From: Squalus acanthias
Lineage: Eukaryota
NCBI GenBank assembly: GCA_030390025.1
Contig: CM059432.1
Coordinates: 64,544,001 to 64,608,000 of the forward strand
Reading direction: 5' to 3'
DNA length: 64,000 nucleotides
Of the stretch, positions 37,400 to 49,100 are shown one piece after another (position 1 is the stretch's first letter; each line of letters begins with the position of its first letter). The notes below the pieces were generated by a model. That model was not told where the DNA came from. It worked only from the letters and a program-made list of their open reading frames with translations, and searched no databases. The position numbers and the translations under genes were made by a program.

Positions 37400-39054
37400 T
37401 GTGAAGGAATAGCCAGGATTCAGAAAAATACACGATACTAAAAACAGATTTCTAAAATTAATAATAAATGACATACTGGGTTAAAAGTCTGAAAGCCTCG
37501 GCGACACAGGCTGTAGGCACAATACAGGCTTCTGAGATAAAGATCAGTTATTCACAAGTTGTAAAACACCACAGGCTTTGAAATGGAATGGGTTATTGAC
37601 CAAGAAACAAGCCCTATTGATAAAGCAAAGGTTTGCTTCCAGAGCGTCTGGACATTGGAATCAAAACAATGGAATGACTCAAGTAAAGCGTTATAATCTA
37701 ACACGTCGAACAGGTGTACAGAACATTAAAAAAACCAAGTGCCTTTGAGAAAATGACATCAAGTAAGAAATACCTGTCGTAAAATAGTTTTATGTTAAAC
37801 TTAGAAACAGGAAACATGATTAAATATGCAACCAATTGAGATAGCTAGAAAACAAGTAAACACTGAGTTAAAGTGTTTTCAATTTACATATTGTAAATGA
37901 TACCGACAGAAAGCTTTGAAGAAATGACATCAAGTGAAAGAGACGCCTGCTGAACAAATAGTTTTAATGTTAAGCTTGAAAGATGGAGTCCCAAGGTCTG
38001 ATAAAAACCAATTGAAGTAAATTAGAAATGCATGAAGATTCTAGAGAAGTGTTTTCAATTTACATATTGTAAATATGATACCTACAGAAAGACTTTGAAA
38101 ATGACATCAATGGATGCACCAAGCAATTACATTATTCTTGTATTGAACTTGGAATATCACAGAGTCACAACGTCTGATAAAGACCAGTTAAAGTAGTATT
38201 AGAAATTCAATAGAAAGACTTCGATAAGTATTGCATCAAACAGAAACCATTGCTGTCATTGTGTTTATGATGGTTTTGGAAACACCTAAACAGGAAACAA
38301 GTCTAAAAGCATTCAACAGAGATATCAATAAAGAATAGAACAAAGTCACCAAAGAATGACTTGATACGATTAGCTTACATCAGCACGAATACTTCAAAGG
38401 ATAAACCACCCAAAAAAGATATAAAAATAGACCTTTTCAAACAGAAAAGTCAGAAGTCGCTGGGAAGACAAGCGTTTCTCAACTTTACAGACATACTTTG
38501 TAAGTTTTTAACTTTTGTGTCTTGGGGATAAAGGTACTCTTATTTGATTTTGGTGGATATTCTGGATTAAGAAATAAGTAGAAGTGTGGAAATGTAACGA
38601 AGTTAAGATTTGAGAATAAGGATCTCTAATAAGAAAATGTAAGCTATTTGTATTTTGAACGATTAAAGTTGCGATTGCCATAATAAATGTTATCTAAATG
38701 TTGGTTCGTTAATAAATCTATATATTGTTAGAATTGTCTCAAAGAGTATTCTGTATCATCTTGTGAACTCAATTTCTGTACACTCAAAGGAGTTGCAGAA
38801 TTCTGGGGGGTATTCTGGACCCTTATTATATCCGGAAGGTTACAGTCTAGTTAAACTTATTAAAAGTACTATCTGGAGGACGGTAACATCTTTAGACCGT
38901 TTCTTTCCTTTAGGGAGAGGTAGTCTGACCTTTAGATCCAATTAAGCATCTTATAGGATCCGGCTACCGCAAACTTTAGTCGAAGGTAAACGTCTGGGGA
39001 ATACGCCTGGTCTGGGGTAGTCCGAAAGGGCTAGGACTTGTAATTATCCCTTCA
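37400..39054 (+). mobile_element. Solo LTR, family B (1655 bp, AT-rich)
   Basis: TG...CA ends with a GAGG TSD at 37396-37399 and 39055-39058; removal restores the Harbinger Myb codons EQGASTS. TATAAAA at 38420, AATAAA at 38682 and 38711. Confidence 0.78.
37745..38230 (+). repeat. ~175-bp diverged tandem repeat (about 3 copies) in the putative U3 of LTR B
   Basis: AAATGACATCAA at ~37751, ~37922 and ~38099; GTGTTTTCAATTTACATATTGTAAAT occurs twice. Confidence 0.8.
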
Positions 39055-41147
39055 GAGGCACCTTGCTCACTTTGATGCTGCGCCTGCTTAGACACCTTTG
39101 GTGGGTGTCCTCTGGATTTGGGAGCCTGGGAGAGCTTTGCAACAGTCTGCTCTTTCTGTGGCTGTGTAGGGGCTGAAACAGCCATCTCAGTTGGGGGTAG
39201 AATGTGGGTCTCCGCAGTGGCATGGTAGTGTGAGCGCTTGGAGCCCACATTTCCTTGTTGCCTGCCACCAACATCCCTCTCATGGGTCAGCCGCACTTCA
39301 GTGCTAGCAAGTGGCTGGAGAGCACCTTGCTGCACATCGGGGGGCCATGAGGACATGTGTCTGTACTGGCAGTCCTCATAACAAGGACGTCCATGAACCT
39401 CTGGTGTCTCTCCTCAATAGATGCCCATCTCTCCTCCACAGCAGACAATTTATTTTGAAGAGTCACCATATTTTCGTTAGCCTGGTGACTTATGTCCTCC
39501 ATGGCGGTTGCCACCCTCTCCATGGCGGAACGTTCATGCGCCATTGCCTCCACCAAGGCAGTGCTCATGTTAGAGATGGACTCTTCCATTCTCTGCACAC
39601 TCGCAGTTACCCTGGATGCAAACCCTGTCAGAGACTCCTGCACTTGTTCCTGGAGTTCCAGCACCGCTCTCTTTCTGGATGGCCATAGAGGCACAGCATC
39701 TGCATGCAGCTGAGCAGAGCTGGGAGAATCCTGCAACCTCCGACAAGGACTCTCCACTGCTGTCGCTGTCTCCAACATCTGCTGATGCTCACTTGTGAGC
39801 TGTGATGCACCAGGTGACAACGCTATTCTAAGTCACGAGGGCCCCGTCGAGGTGTGCGTCTCTGCGCTGGTGCTGGGTGCGCTGAGTCCTGGTGACGCTG
39901 CTCCCTCAGAGGCTCCAGGTTCCTCTGAGGAGTTGTCTGGCTCTTCCTCCTGGACAGTGGGGAGGGGGGTGCTCGATGGTCCTGTGGGAGAGTAAAGGCA
40001 TGAGTTAGACATCTGATTTTGAGGTAGCAGGAACATCCTTTTGTGCAGCTGATACAAAGCAAATCTCTATGAACATGCCATTGCAGTCAATCATGAAATC
40101 TAAATGAGAGGGATGAAACTCTATTCTGTCACCAGCTTCGTCTAGTGCGCCTGTCTCTCCATTGCCCACTTCCAGATCCTCGCCATCTCCGACGATTTCG
40201 TGCGCAGCCTCCTCCTCATTTATCAATGTAGCGAGGGTTGGTGTGCCTCCTCCTGTCTGTGTTCTCTCCCTCTTATTCTGGGCTATCTTTTCCTACAAGG
40301 AGGGACACAAGCAGAGTCTCAGCAAGAGTGATGGAGTGAGTGTGAAGAACCAATAACATAGAAGCTTAGAGGGAGACCAAGATGGAGTGAGGTGCCAAGA
40401 GTAAGCTAGCTCCCTGTGCGTTGTTAGTTGTTGTCAATGCATAACAGTGAGAGCGAGTCTAAGGGGTGCATAGGCAGGATGGTGAAGTGATTCAGTACAG
40501 AGAGAGAGATGGATAGGTAAGGGTGCAAGGGAAGAAAGGGTAAGGTGGGATGTGGAGGAGCAGGCTTACAAAGCAGAGTGCTGGTGATGAGAAGAGAAGG
40601 GAAGCAGATTGAAGGTAAGTGTGATGAGATACTCACTTTTGCTGATCGCAGAAGATCATTAAAGCTTTTCCTGCACTGGATCCGTGTGTGTGAACAAATG
40701 GACCTTGCTCTGACCTCCTCAGCAATGCGCAGCCAGGCTGCCTTGGTTTGCTGAGGAGGTTTCCTCTGGCCACCGGCAGGGAATAGAATCTCCCTGCGCC
40801 CTCTAACTCCCTCCACAAGAGCTTGCAGGGAGTCCTCAGTGAAGCGTGGTGCTGCCTTCACTCTCGATGAACTCATTGTGGCCTTGCCAATTCCAGACTC
40901 CAGCAGAATCAAGAACTGAAAGGCTGAAGCTGCACGGGGCCCTTAAAAACATCCGCACTAATGACGTCAACAGAGGCGACTAACAGACCCGATCCGAGTC
41001 ATTGGACCGGCCAGCTCGTACCACTCAACTTAAGGGGCTAATTAAGCTAAAATCGCAACTGGGGATCAGATGCAGCTGGCAGTGGGTCCGGACCCCACCC
41101 ACCAGGCAACCCAACTCCACCCCGCCTCCTCCATTAAATTCATGGCC
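39055..41147 (-). mobile_element. Truncated Harbinger with Myb/SANT pseudogene (exons 40876-40637, 40292-40133, 39981 onward)
   Basis: MSSSRVKAAPRFTEDSLQALVEG...IQCRKSFNDL with the same exon structure as 32895-34818. One TIR (GGCCATGAATTT); the transposase half is missing. Confidence 0.85.
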
Positions 41148-42010
41148 ATAGACAGGTTGACTGAGTGGGCAATAACATGGCAAATGGAATACAATGTAGG
41201 GAAGTGTGACGTTATCCACTTTGGTAGGAAAAACAAAAAAGCAGAATATTTTTGAATGGTGAGAGACTGGGAAATGTTTGTATTCAGAGGGACCTGGGTG
41301 TCCCTGTACATGAATCACAGAAAGTTAACATGCCGGTACAGCAAGCAATTAGGAAAGCAAAAGGTATGTTAGCTATTGTTACAAAGGAATTAAAGTATAA
41401 GAGTAAAGAAGTCTTACTACAATTATACAGGGCATTGGTGAGGCCACACTTGGAATACTGTGTGCAGTTCTGGTTTCCTTACCTAAAGAAAGACATACTT
41501 GCCTTAGAGGGTGTGGAACGAAGGTTCACTAGACTGGTTCCTGGGATGAGGGGATTGCCCTATGAGGAGAGATTGAGTAGACTTGGCCTATATTCCCTAG
41601 AGTTTCGAAGAATGAGAAGTGATCTCATTGAAACATATAAAATTCTTAAGGGGCTTGACAGGGTTAATGCTAAGAAAATGTTTCCCCTGGCTGGGGAATC
41701 TAGAACACGGGGTCACAGTCTCAGAATAAGGGGTCGTCCATTAAGGACTGAGATAAGGAGAAATTTCTTCACTCAAAGGGTTGTGAATCTTTGAAATTCT
41801 CTACCCCAGAGGACTGTGGAGGCTCAGTCGTTGAGTATATTCAAGACAGAGGTCGATAAATTTTTGGGAACTAAGGGACTTAATGGATATGGGGATAATG
41901 CGGGAAGGTGGAGTTGAGGTAGAAGATCAGTCATGATCTTGTTGAATGGCAGAGCAGGCTCGAAGGGCCAAATGCCGAAATCCTGCTCCTATTTCTTATG
42001 TTCTTATGTT
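41148..42010 (+). mobile_element. CR1 LINE 3' fragment
   Basis: WQMEYNVGKC...LYRALVRPHLEYCVQFW...RNFFTQRVVNL with (TTCTTATG)n tail. Confidence 0.92.
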
Positions 42011-42427
42011 CCACCATCTACAAGGCATAGGTCAGGAGTGTGATGGAATACTCTCCACTTGTTTGGATGAGTGCAGCTCCAACAACACTCAAGAAGCTGA
42101 ACACCATCCAGGACAAAGCAGCCCGCTTGATTGGCACCCCATCCACCACCTTAAACATTCACTCCCTCCACCACCTGTGTACCGTGGCTGCAGTGTGTAC
42201 CATCTACAAGATGCACTGCAGCAACTCGGCAAGGTTTCGTCGGCAGCACCTCCCAAACCTGCGACCTCTATCACCAAGAAGGACAAGGGCAGCAGGTGCA
42301 TGAGAACACCATCACCTCCAAGTTCCTCTCCAAGTTATACACCATCCTGACTTGGAAATATATTGCCATTCCTTCATCGTTTCTGGGTCAAAATCCTGGA
42401 ACTCCCTCCCTAACAGCACTGTGGGAG
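42011..42427 (+). mobile_element. LINE 3' fragment that hosts the provirus; continues at 58724-58856
   Basis: VRSVMEYSPLVWMSAAPTTLKKLNTIQDKAARLI...WNSLP. Sequence is continuous across the GGAG TSD and ends ...CACATCCCAGGAACGAATAAAAAAA. Clade not assigned. Confidence 0.75.
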
Positions 42428-43161
42428 TGTAGGATAGAGTGTACCTGTAGGATTTAGTTAGCATTATTAAGATTGTATAACCATTTTTATATAACTATAG
42501 TATGTGAACTTGTATGTTAAAAACCTAAAAAGTCTGTATAAAATGGTGAATGGCTGAGACCAAAGCAGGATGGGATATTATGCCAAACTGACTAAAAACC
42601 TCTGTTATAAATTACTGAAGTAATGGAATGTTGTGTTAAGTAAACCCAGAGAGAGTAGGAGGCATGGAATTCAGTATTGTTATGGAAAAGAGATAGAAGT
42701 TGGAGACAGCCTTCATTTAAGAAGCTGCAGAATAGACAAACTGTTTAGAAAACACCTCAAGGATGTTCTGTAAAGCTCACAGTAGAAAAGGGGAGAGAAT
42801 CATAGACCGTACTTGTGAAGGTCAGAATGGTGAGATAGCCCAAGCAGCTGCAAGTTGCTATGTATCTTGAAGGGAAAAAAGGTATAAAGGAACAGCTATT
42901 GAACACTGGAAGCAGCGCGAAACCAGAGGATGAGAAGCTTCAGTCAACAGATCACAGCAAGAGAATAAAGAGACTGCGTCACAGTCACTCGGAAGGAACG
43001 CCGGGGTTCAATGAACAGACTGCGACTATCTTCTTGTTAAGTATTACTTCTTTGTACTGGATGTTTAATGCTTAATAAACCTGTTTTACTTATACACAAT
43101 ATACCTGTACCCAGAGTGGTTTGTGTAGTTATGGACAAATTATTATAAAGAGCTTTTAAAA
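42428..43161 (+). repeat. 5' LTR of provirus
   Basis: Direct repeat of 57992-58717. TATAAA at ~42883 and AATAAA at ~43074. Confidence 0.95.
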
Positions 43162-43162
43162 T

Positions 43163-43180
43163 TGGCACCCATCGTGGGGC
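43163..43180 (+). promoter_or_regulatory. Primer binding site, tRNA-Lys(CUU)/Lys1,2 type
   Basis: TGGCACCCATCGTGGGGC versus the canonical Lys1,2 PBS TGGCGCCCAACGTGGGGC (16/18 match). Confidence 0.88.
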
Positions 43181-43352
43181 TGTGACTATTAACTGAAACC
43201 AGGTCTATTGTGCATAAGGCAGGCGCTTGGATTTTTGTCTGATCAACGAAAGTCATTGTGGAAAGTTAGGTTATCTAACAGATAGTGTCTCTTTAACGTA
43301 CAGCAGAATGTCGAGTGAGAATTTTTTTTAGACTTTAAAACGAAGTTAATGA

Positions 43353-45003
43353 TGTAGAATTCGCAATATATCGCGATTTTATAAATAAGGAGAAAACACA
43401 TAGTTTCGTTCAAACAGCTTTTATTTCAGCAGAATGCTGTCAGGTTTTCAAAGTGGACACAAGCAGCCTGTAAAATGGCCGCCACGCCTCGTGGCAGAAC
43501 ATTCTAGACCTTTCGATAGGCAGACAAGATGGCGTTCCAATAAACATTTGTGCAAGATCGATCAAGACTAAGCACATTTAAGATAATACACGAGACATCA
43601 TGGGTTTGCAGTATACACATAAATACTGAAATCGGTCTCCCAGGTGCGAATAAGGGCTATTGTACCAAGTAATCAAGAACCCATCCAAAGACATTAATAT
43701 GCAAAATCCCAACGACTCTACGATGAGAGAGCCGTTAGCGGGTGGTTACAGAAAACATTTGGAAGCCCCAAAACCCCTCCAGGGAGAACACCGACCGATT
43801 AAACAATGGGAAAAGTATTAACAGGTACTCAGACAATTACGAGTATCCCCGAAACCCATTAAAACGGAGATCACCCTATACAAGAAATTTGAGCGCCAAA
43901 CCCTAACAAAAGAAAAGACATTAAGGTTGGGCGGGAAAAGGGAAGAGTTTGCACTATAACTGCAAGCTCCAACCGTCCATCTTTCTCTTATCCTTTCGAC
44001 TCCGTGCCGTTTGCCTCGTGTCTCTTTTCAAAAGACTGTTGAACTTTACGATCCGCCCGGATCTGCCTCGTGGCGTGCCGCGAAGATCCGTGTGGAACTG
44101 GGCTGTGAAGCCTTGAAACGGACGCACCATCCCGAGAAGTCGGTAAACGGTGTTGGAACCGAAGGCCCGAGATGAGATGAGATGAGATGATATGAGATGA
44201 GATGAGAAGAGAAGAAGAAGACCATACGTATCGCCACGGTCAGTAAACTCCGACCGCGCCTGTAGGTCGAATAGACATTTTCCTTGCCCAGGAAGACCAT
44301 CTTTGAATTTTACAGAACAGCCAGGAAGACTATTCTTCGAATTTTATCGCATCAGTGCGAGGGCACAGGAAGACTCTTTTTTTGAGTAGAGTCGGAACTC
44401 CGAGGACAACACAGATCTTCATGACAGCAGACGTTCCAGCCTGCTAGCCGGAGCAGAAACGAGTAAACAAGTGGGGTACAGAGACCCCTGATCGACACGT
44501 GGGTGATCAGGTGCTGCGGTGAGTTTTCGGAATTCTCCGAGTTATCACGAGTGGTGAGCATGAGTCTCGATCCTACAAGTCTAGTTTAGAGCAGATATTG
44601 ATAGGGGAGGGTTTAAGTTTTAAGGATAATTGTAATGTGTGCCCCCATTTACGATGTGTCGTTCGTTCCTCGTTTCCCTGAAATTAGTTACATAACTGCG
44701 TGTAAGATTGTACTGTCATTAATCTGTGCTTATGACATGTATTTCGTAATCTTGAATAATATGCAATAAAGATTTTCCATTTCGTACCATTCAACCGGGT
44801 CTACCTGAGTTTTATCTCCATTACTGCTCTCGCATCTAAGTCCAGTGTCAGAACCGTAAGGGCGAGTGGGTCGAACCACTCACAGGTGTCTAGTGCTCCC
44901 AGACTGGCTGGAGACCAGAACAGGCAATAAGGCCTAAACTCGTACTAGCATCCAGGCTGCACAGAGCCACACGAATCTCACAGGTTCAGAGAAAACCCTT
45001 ACA
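43353..45003 (+). mobile_element. Solo LTR, family A (1651 bp), inserted at the start of gag
   Basis: TGTAGAATTC ... CCCTTACA with ATGA TSD at 43349-43352 and 45004-45007. (ATGAG)n at ~44170, AATAAA at 44765. Homologous to 29858-31485. Confidence 0.87.
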
Positions 45004-45869
45004 ATGAAGAAGTGCGAGGATGCACAGTTACAGACGTTAGTAGTAGAATGTCTAACAAAGGATAAGAGAGTACCCTTTGAGGACATTGTTGCGTTCATTG
45101 AAAAACAAGTCAAGGAGAAGAGATGGAAGCCAGATAGGGCTGTGCAGCTAATGGCTTATGCGGCAGTGTATTGTGTAGAGCAAGATAAAGAGACCTTCCT
45201 AGAGATGGAAAATAATAAAACCAAGTTAGTGGACAATCAGGATAAATTAGAAAAGGACAAGCTACGGCTGATAGAAGAGAATCAAACGTTAATGGAGGTA
45301 ACAAAAACGTTAACGGGTGAGAAGTCAAAATGGGAAAAAGAGGCTGTAGAGTTAAAAAGTAAGACTGAAGTTCTTCAGGGCCTGGTCGGTGCTTCGACAG
45401 CAATAATACAGCAACAGAGTATTAATGCAGTTCACGTCAGCGCTGCAATGCAGAACATTGAGGAGGCTAGGTGTCAGGTAGCCTCCTTAACAAAAGACAA
45501 TGGGGGAGAAATTCAGTATCGCCCCGTTCAGGGCGCGATTATCGGTCAGGCGCAAAGTTTAGCGCCTGCCGCTAATTATCACCTCCGACTGCAAACTTGT
45601 CTTTTATCGCCCCTGGAGGTGATTGGAGCGCTAAATCAGGCGCTGCACACCTGTCTTAAGGTGCAAAGGCCGATGAGCGAGGCACTAACTTAGAGCGCGG
45701 GCGCAGCGCAGCGCAGGTGATGGCAATTAGCGATGGAACACAGACACACTGGCACCAGACAGTTCTTAAAGGGGGGGGGGTCGATCTTGCTCTCCAGCCA
45801 CACCCTGCTCATTGGAGCCTTGAATCTCGGCCTGGAGAGACCTGGGACTACATTTTCCAGCCAAGGACT

Positions 45870-47617
45870 ATGGAGAGGGTGAGAGAACGAGCTCAGCACT
45901 TCAGCGAGCGGGCCTTGGAGGCTCTGGTTGGCGCGGTGGAGCATAGAAGATCTATACTCTACCCTGAGAGTGGCAGGAGGCCTTTGCCGCGCGAGTACAG
46001 AAGAGTGTGGAGGGAGTTGGCTCAGCACGTCTCCTCCAGGAGCATGGTGACCAGGGCCCATATACAATGTCGCAAAAAGTTCAACGACCTCACTCGGGTC
46101 GTCAGGGTGAGTGGCTTTTTTTCAATACCTCTCCATCCCTCCATCTCAACCTCACTCTATGGCCAATGCCCAACACTCACCCAACACCTATGGCCCTCTC
46201 ATGAAACACAGACGCACATTCCACACTTTGCGTACAGCAAGAGCTATTCAATTATGGGAGGCACATCAGGCAAGACCATGGCTGTATATCTACTCAGACG
46301 CCATCCTTTTTCTTGCAGGCCAAGCTATCTCATAATAGGAGACAGCAGCAACGGACGGGTGGAGGGCGGCCTCAGCTGCAACTCCTCAGCGATCTTGAGG
46401 CGCGCGTCCACAGGATTGTGGCAAGCCAGGTGATCGGTCCCGTCGCCCCTAGAGAGGCTGAACCCGTTCTGGTCAGCAATGGTAAGGTCATCACCTTTTT
46501 CTCCTCTCTCATTCCACTTGTCCCTCACAACACCAGCCTTTGACACTTACAATCCAACTTACTAAATCGCTGCACTCCTTCCTCCCTTACTGCCCCCCTA
46601 TCCTGACGCTAAAGCCACTCTTGTACCTCCCTGCTTTCAGATGGTGATTCACCAGCTGAGGAGACGGGCCCTCAAGCTGCCAGTGGGAGTGAAGCTGCAG
46701 GCGAGGAGGAAGAGGAAGCCGGAGCATCAGCGCCACCCTCTCCCGAGGAAGCCCATGCCCACACTGGGAACACGTCTTCCCTGGAGGGGAGCAGGGGGGA
46801 AGGGGCTGATGAGGGTGAAGCTCCAGGACCCAGCGGGCTACAGCAACGCGATGGAGGTGGGGAAGCTCGGGGGCCTTCTCCCCGGAGGAAGAGTATGCCA
46901 GCGAGTCGTGCTGCACTGGACGCAGAGGAGGAGCGGCTCATCGCTGAAATGAACACCCAGGTGGTGCACATGCACACTCAGCTCATGGGTACAGTGGGAA
47001 GGGTGCCCAAATGCATTGAAGCACTGGCAAGGAGTGTGGAGCACTTCGCTGCAGCACAGGCGGATGCCACGCTGAAGCTTAGTGCTGCAATTCAGTCACT
47101 GGCTGTCATGACCCCATCTCAGACTGCTCTCATGCAGACTCAGATTGAGGTCACGCAAGCACTGACTGCTGCCATTCTCGCTGGTTCGGACACATTGCCC
47201 CGGGGTTCTCACCGCGCTGCAGCAGGCCAGCAATCTGTGCTCCAGCAGATTGCTCCGGATGCTGAAGTGCTGCCCCGTGGGAGTACCAGTGTGTCGGTCG
47301 AGCAGGGAGTTGCTGTCCTCTCTCAAGATGACAGCATTCCTGCTGCCACCACTGTCACTTCCCCATTGCACTTGCCACCGCCTGTAGCCCAGACTGCTGC
47401 CGCCCATGCAGAGTTGGTGCAGTCTGCAGTCAGGCCCTCCAGGCCCAGAGCTGGTCAAGGCCGTCCTTCAAGGGCATCTGCAGTCTCAGGTTCTGATAAT
47501 CAGAAGCCTTCCACCAGCCTTGCTGCAGCTACTGGGGCCCCATTACGGAGGAGCAGTAGGGTGGGAAGGGGGGAAGTGCGCAAGGGAAGGAGATCACCCT
47601 CGAAGGACAAAAAGTAG
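45870..47617 (+). CDS. Harbinger Myb/SANT-like protein, 3 exons (45870-46106, 46319-46481, 46641-47617), apparently intact, 458 aa
   Basis: GT-AG introns (phase 0 and 1); the spliced frame is open throughout. MERVRERAQHFSERALEALV...W...IQCRKKFNDL; RTGGG; basic C-terminus. Confidence 0.82.
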
Positions 47618-47928
47618 GAGGTGTGACGAAATGTTGGTCAATTTTTTATTAAAGGCCGAGGTTCGCGTTCAAACTTTTGTTTAGTGTTTTGGACATTATC
47701 TCCAGGTTGTGAGAACCAGTTATGTTAATGAATGATTTTTTGTGTTTGTTTCTATTAGTTTGTCATGAAGAAATGACACTCACATAGTTTGTAAAATAAA
47801 TATGTTTTTGTATTCAAAATGTACATGTTTGGTCTTTGGACTCATTGCTTCCTTGGCTGGCTTAGGGGTTGCGGGTTGGTTTCATTCATGTTGTTCTCCA
47901 TGGCAGAAGCCATTTCCTCAGCAGGGGC

Positions 47929-49100
47929 CTAGAAGCGGCTTGCTATCAGCTGTTGACGGACGGCCCTTGCAGTTTCAACATTGTGGGCCGCCCTCCTGCC
48001 TTGGTGCTGCTGATGATCATCCTCCTCCTCTTCCTCCTCCTCTTCCTCCTCCTCCTCCGGTGGTGCTCCAAGGCCTGGTGGCATTGGCTGGGTCCTGAGG
48101 ATTGCCAGATTATGCAGCATGCAGCACACAACTATGAAGAGGGAGACTCGCTCAGGCGAGTATTGCAGGGCTCCTCCTGAATGGTCCAGGCAGCGGAACC
48201 GTTGCTTGAGCACGCCGATCGTCTGCTCAACGATGTTCCTGGTGGTGAGATGGCTCTCGTTGTACCGCAGCTCAGCAGGGGTGTTGGGGTTATGGAGCGG
48301 TGTCATCAGCCAGGTGCACAGTGGATAACCCTTGTCCCCGAGGAGCCAACCACTGATGCGGTGCTTGGAAAAGTTCTGGCACAGCAGTCTGGCGCAGGAT
48401 GAATGCATCGTGGCTGCTGCCAGGATAGCGGACATTGACAGCGAGTATCAGCTGTCTGTGGTCACAGACCAACTGGACGTTTAAGGAGTGGAACCCCTTG
48501 CGGTTGCGGAAATCCTCTGCATTCTCATGCGGTGCACGCAATGCCACATGCGTGCAGTCAATGGCGCTCTGCACCATGGGGAAGCCCGCTAACCTCGCAA
48601 AGCCCAATGCGTGTTCATGCTGTTTGGCTCGGGTCATCGGGAAAGAGATGTACTGGCGTCTCCTTTTATAGAGGGCATTTGTGACCTGATGGATGCAGCA
48701 ATGGACTGCGAACTGGGAGATATTGGCGATGTCCCCAGTAGCTGCTTGAAAGGAGCTGGTGGCATAAAAGTTCAGAGCCACTGTCACCTTCACTGCCACC
48801 GGCAGAGACATCCTGGTCCTCAGTAGAGGCTGCAGACCTGGCTGCAGCAGGTGGCAGAGTTCAGTGACCACCTCTTTGCTGAAGCGCAGCCTGCGCAAAC
48901 ACTGCTCCTCAGACAAATTAATGTAGGAGAATTGTTGGTGAAATACCCTGGGAGGGTAAGGTCTCCTGTACAGAGGCCTGTTGGCCCTCCTCCGTCTGGC
49001 CATGATTGCCACTCTCTCTCTGCGTCTATGTTGCATCCGAATCTGCAGGCGCAGTACGCCGCCCCAAATCAGTGCAGCCCCAAGTCTCTTGGCAATCAAA
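47929..49100 (-). pseudogene. Harbinger DDE transposase, one frameshift near 48355
   Basis: [74 protein letters not shown]. Start codon uncertain. Confidence 0.92.

Noticed and set aside
29858..45003. The two LTR A copies as the ends of one large provirus
   Set aside because: They are in opposite orientations and each has its own distinct TSD.
43181..45003. A 1.8-kb structured proviral leader
   Set aside because: 1651 bp of it is an independent solo LTR with an ATGA TSD.
45004..45693. 229-aa ORF as a standalone host coiled-coil gene
   Set aside because: Its last ~63 codons are read-through into the Harbinger end; the true frame continues at 49596 within the provirus.
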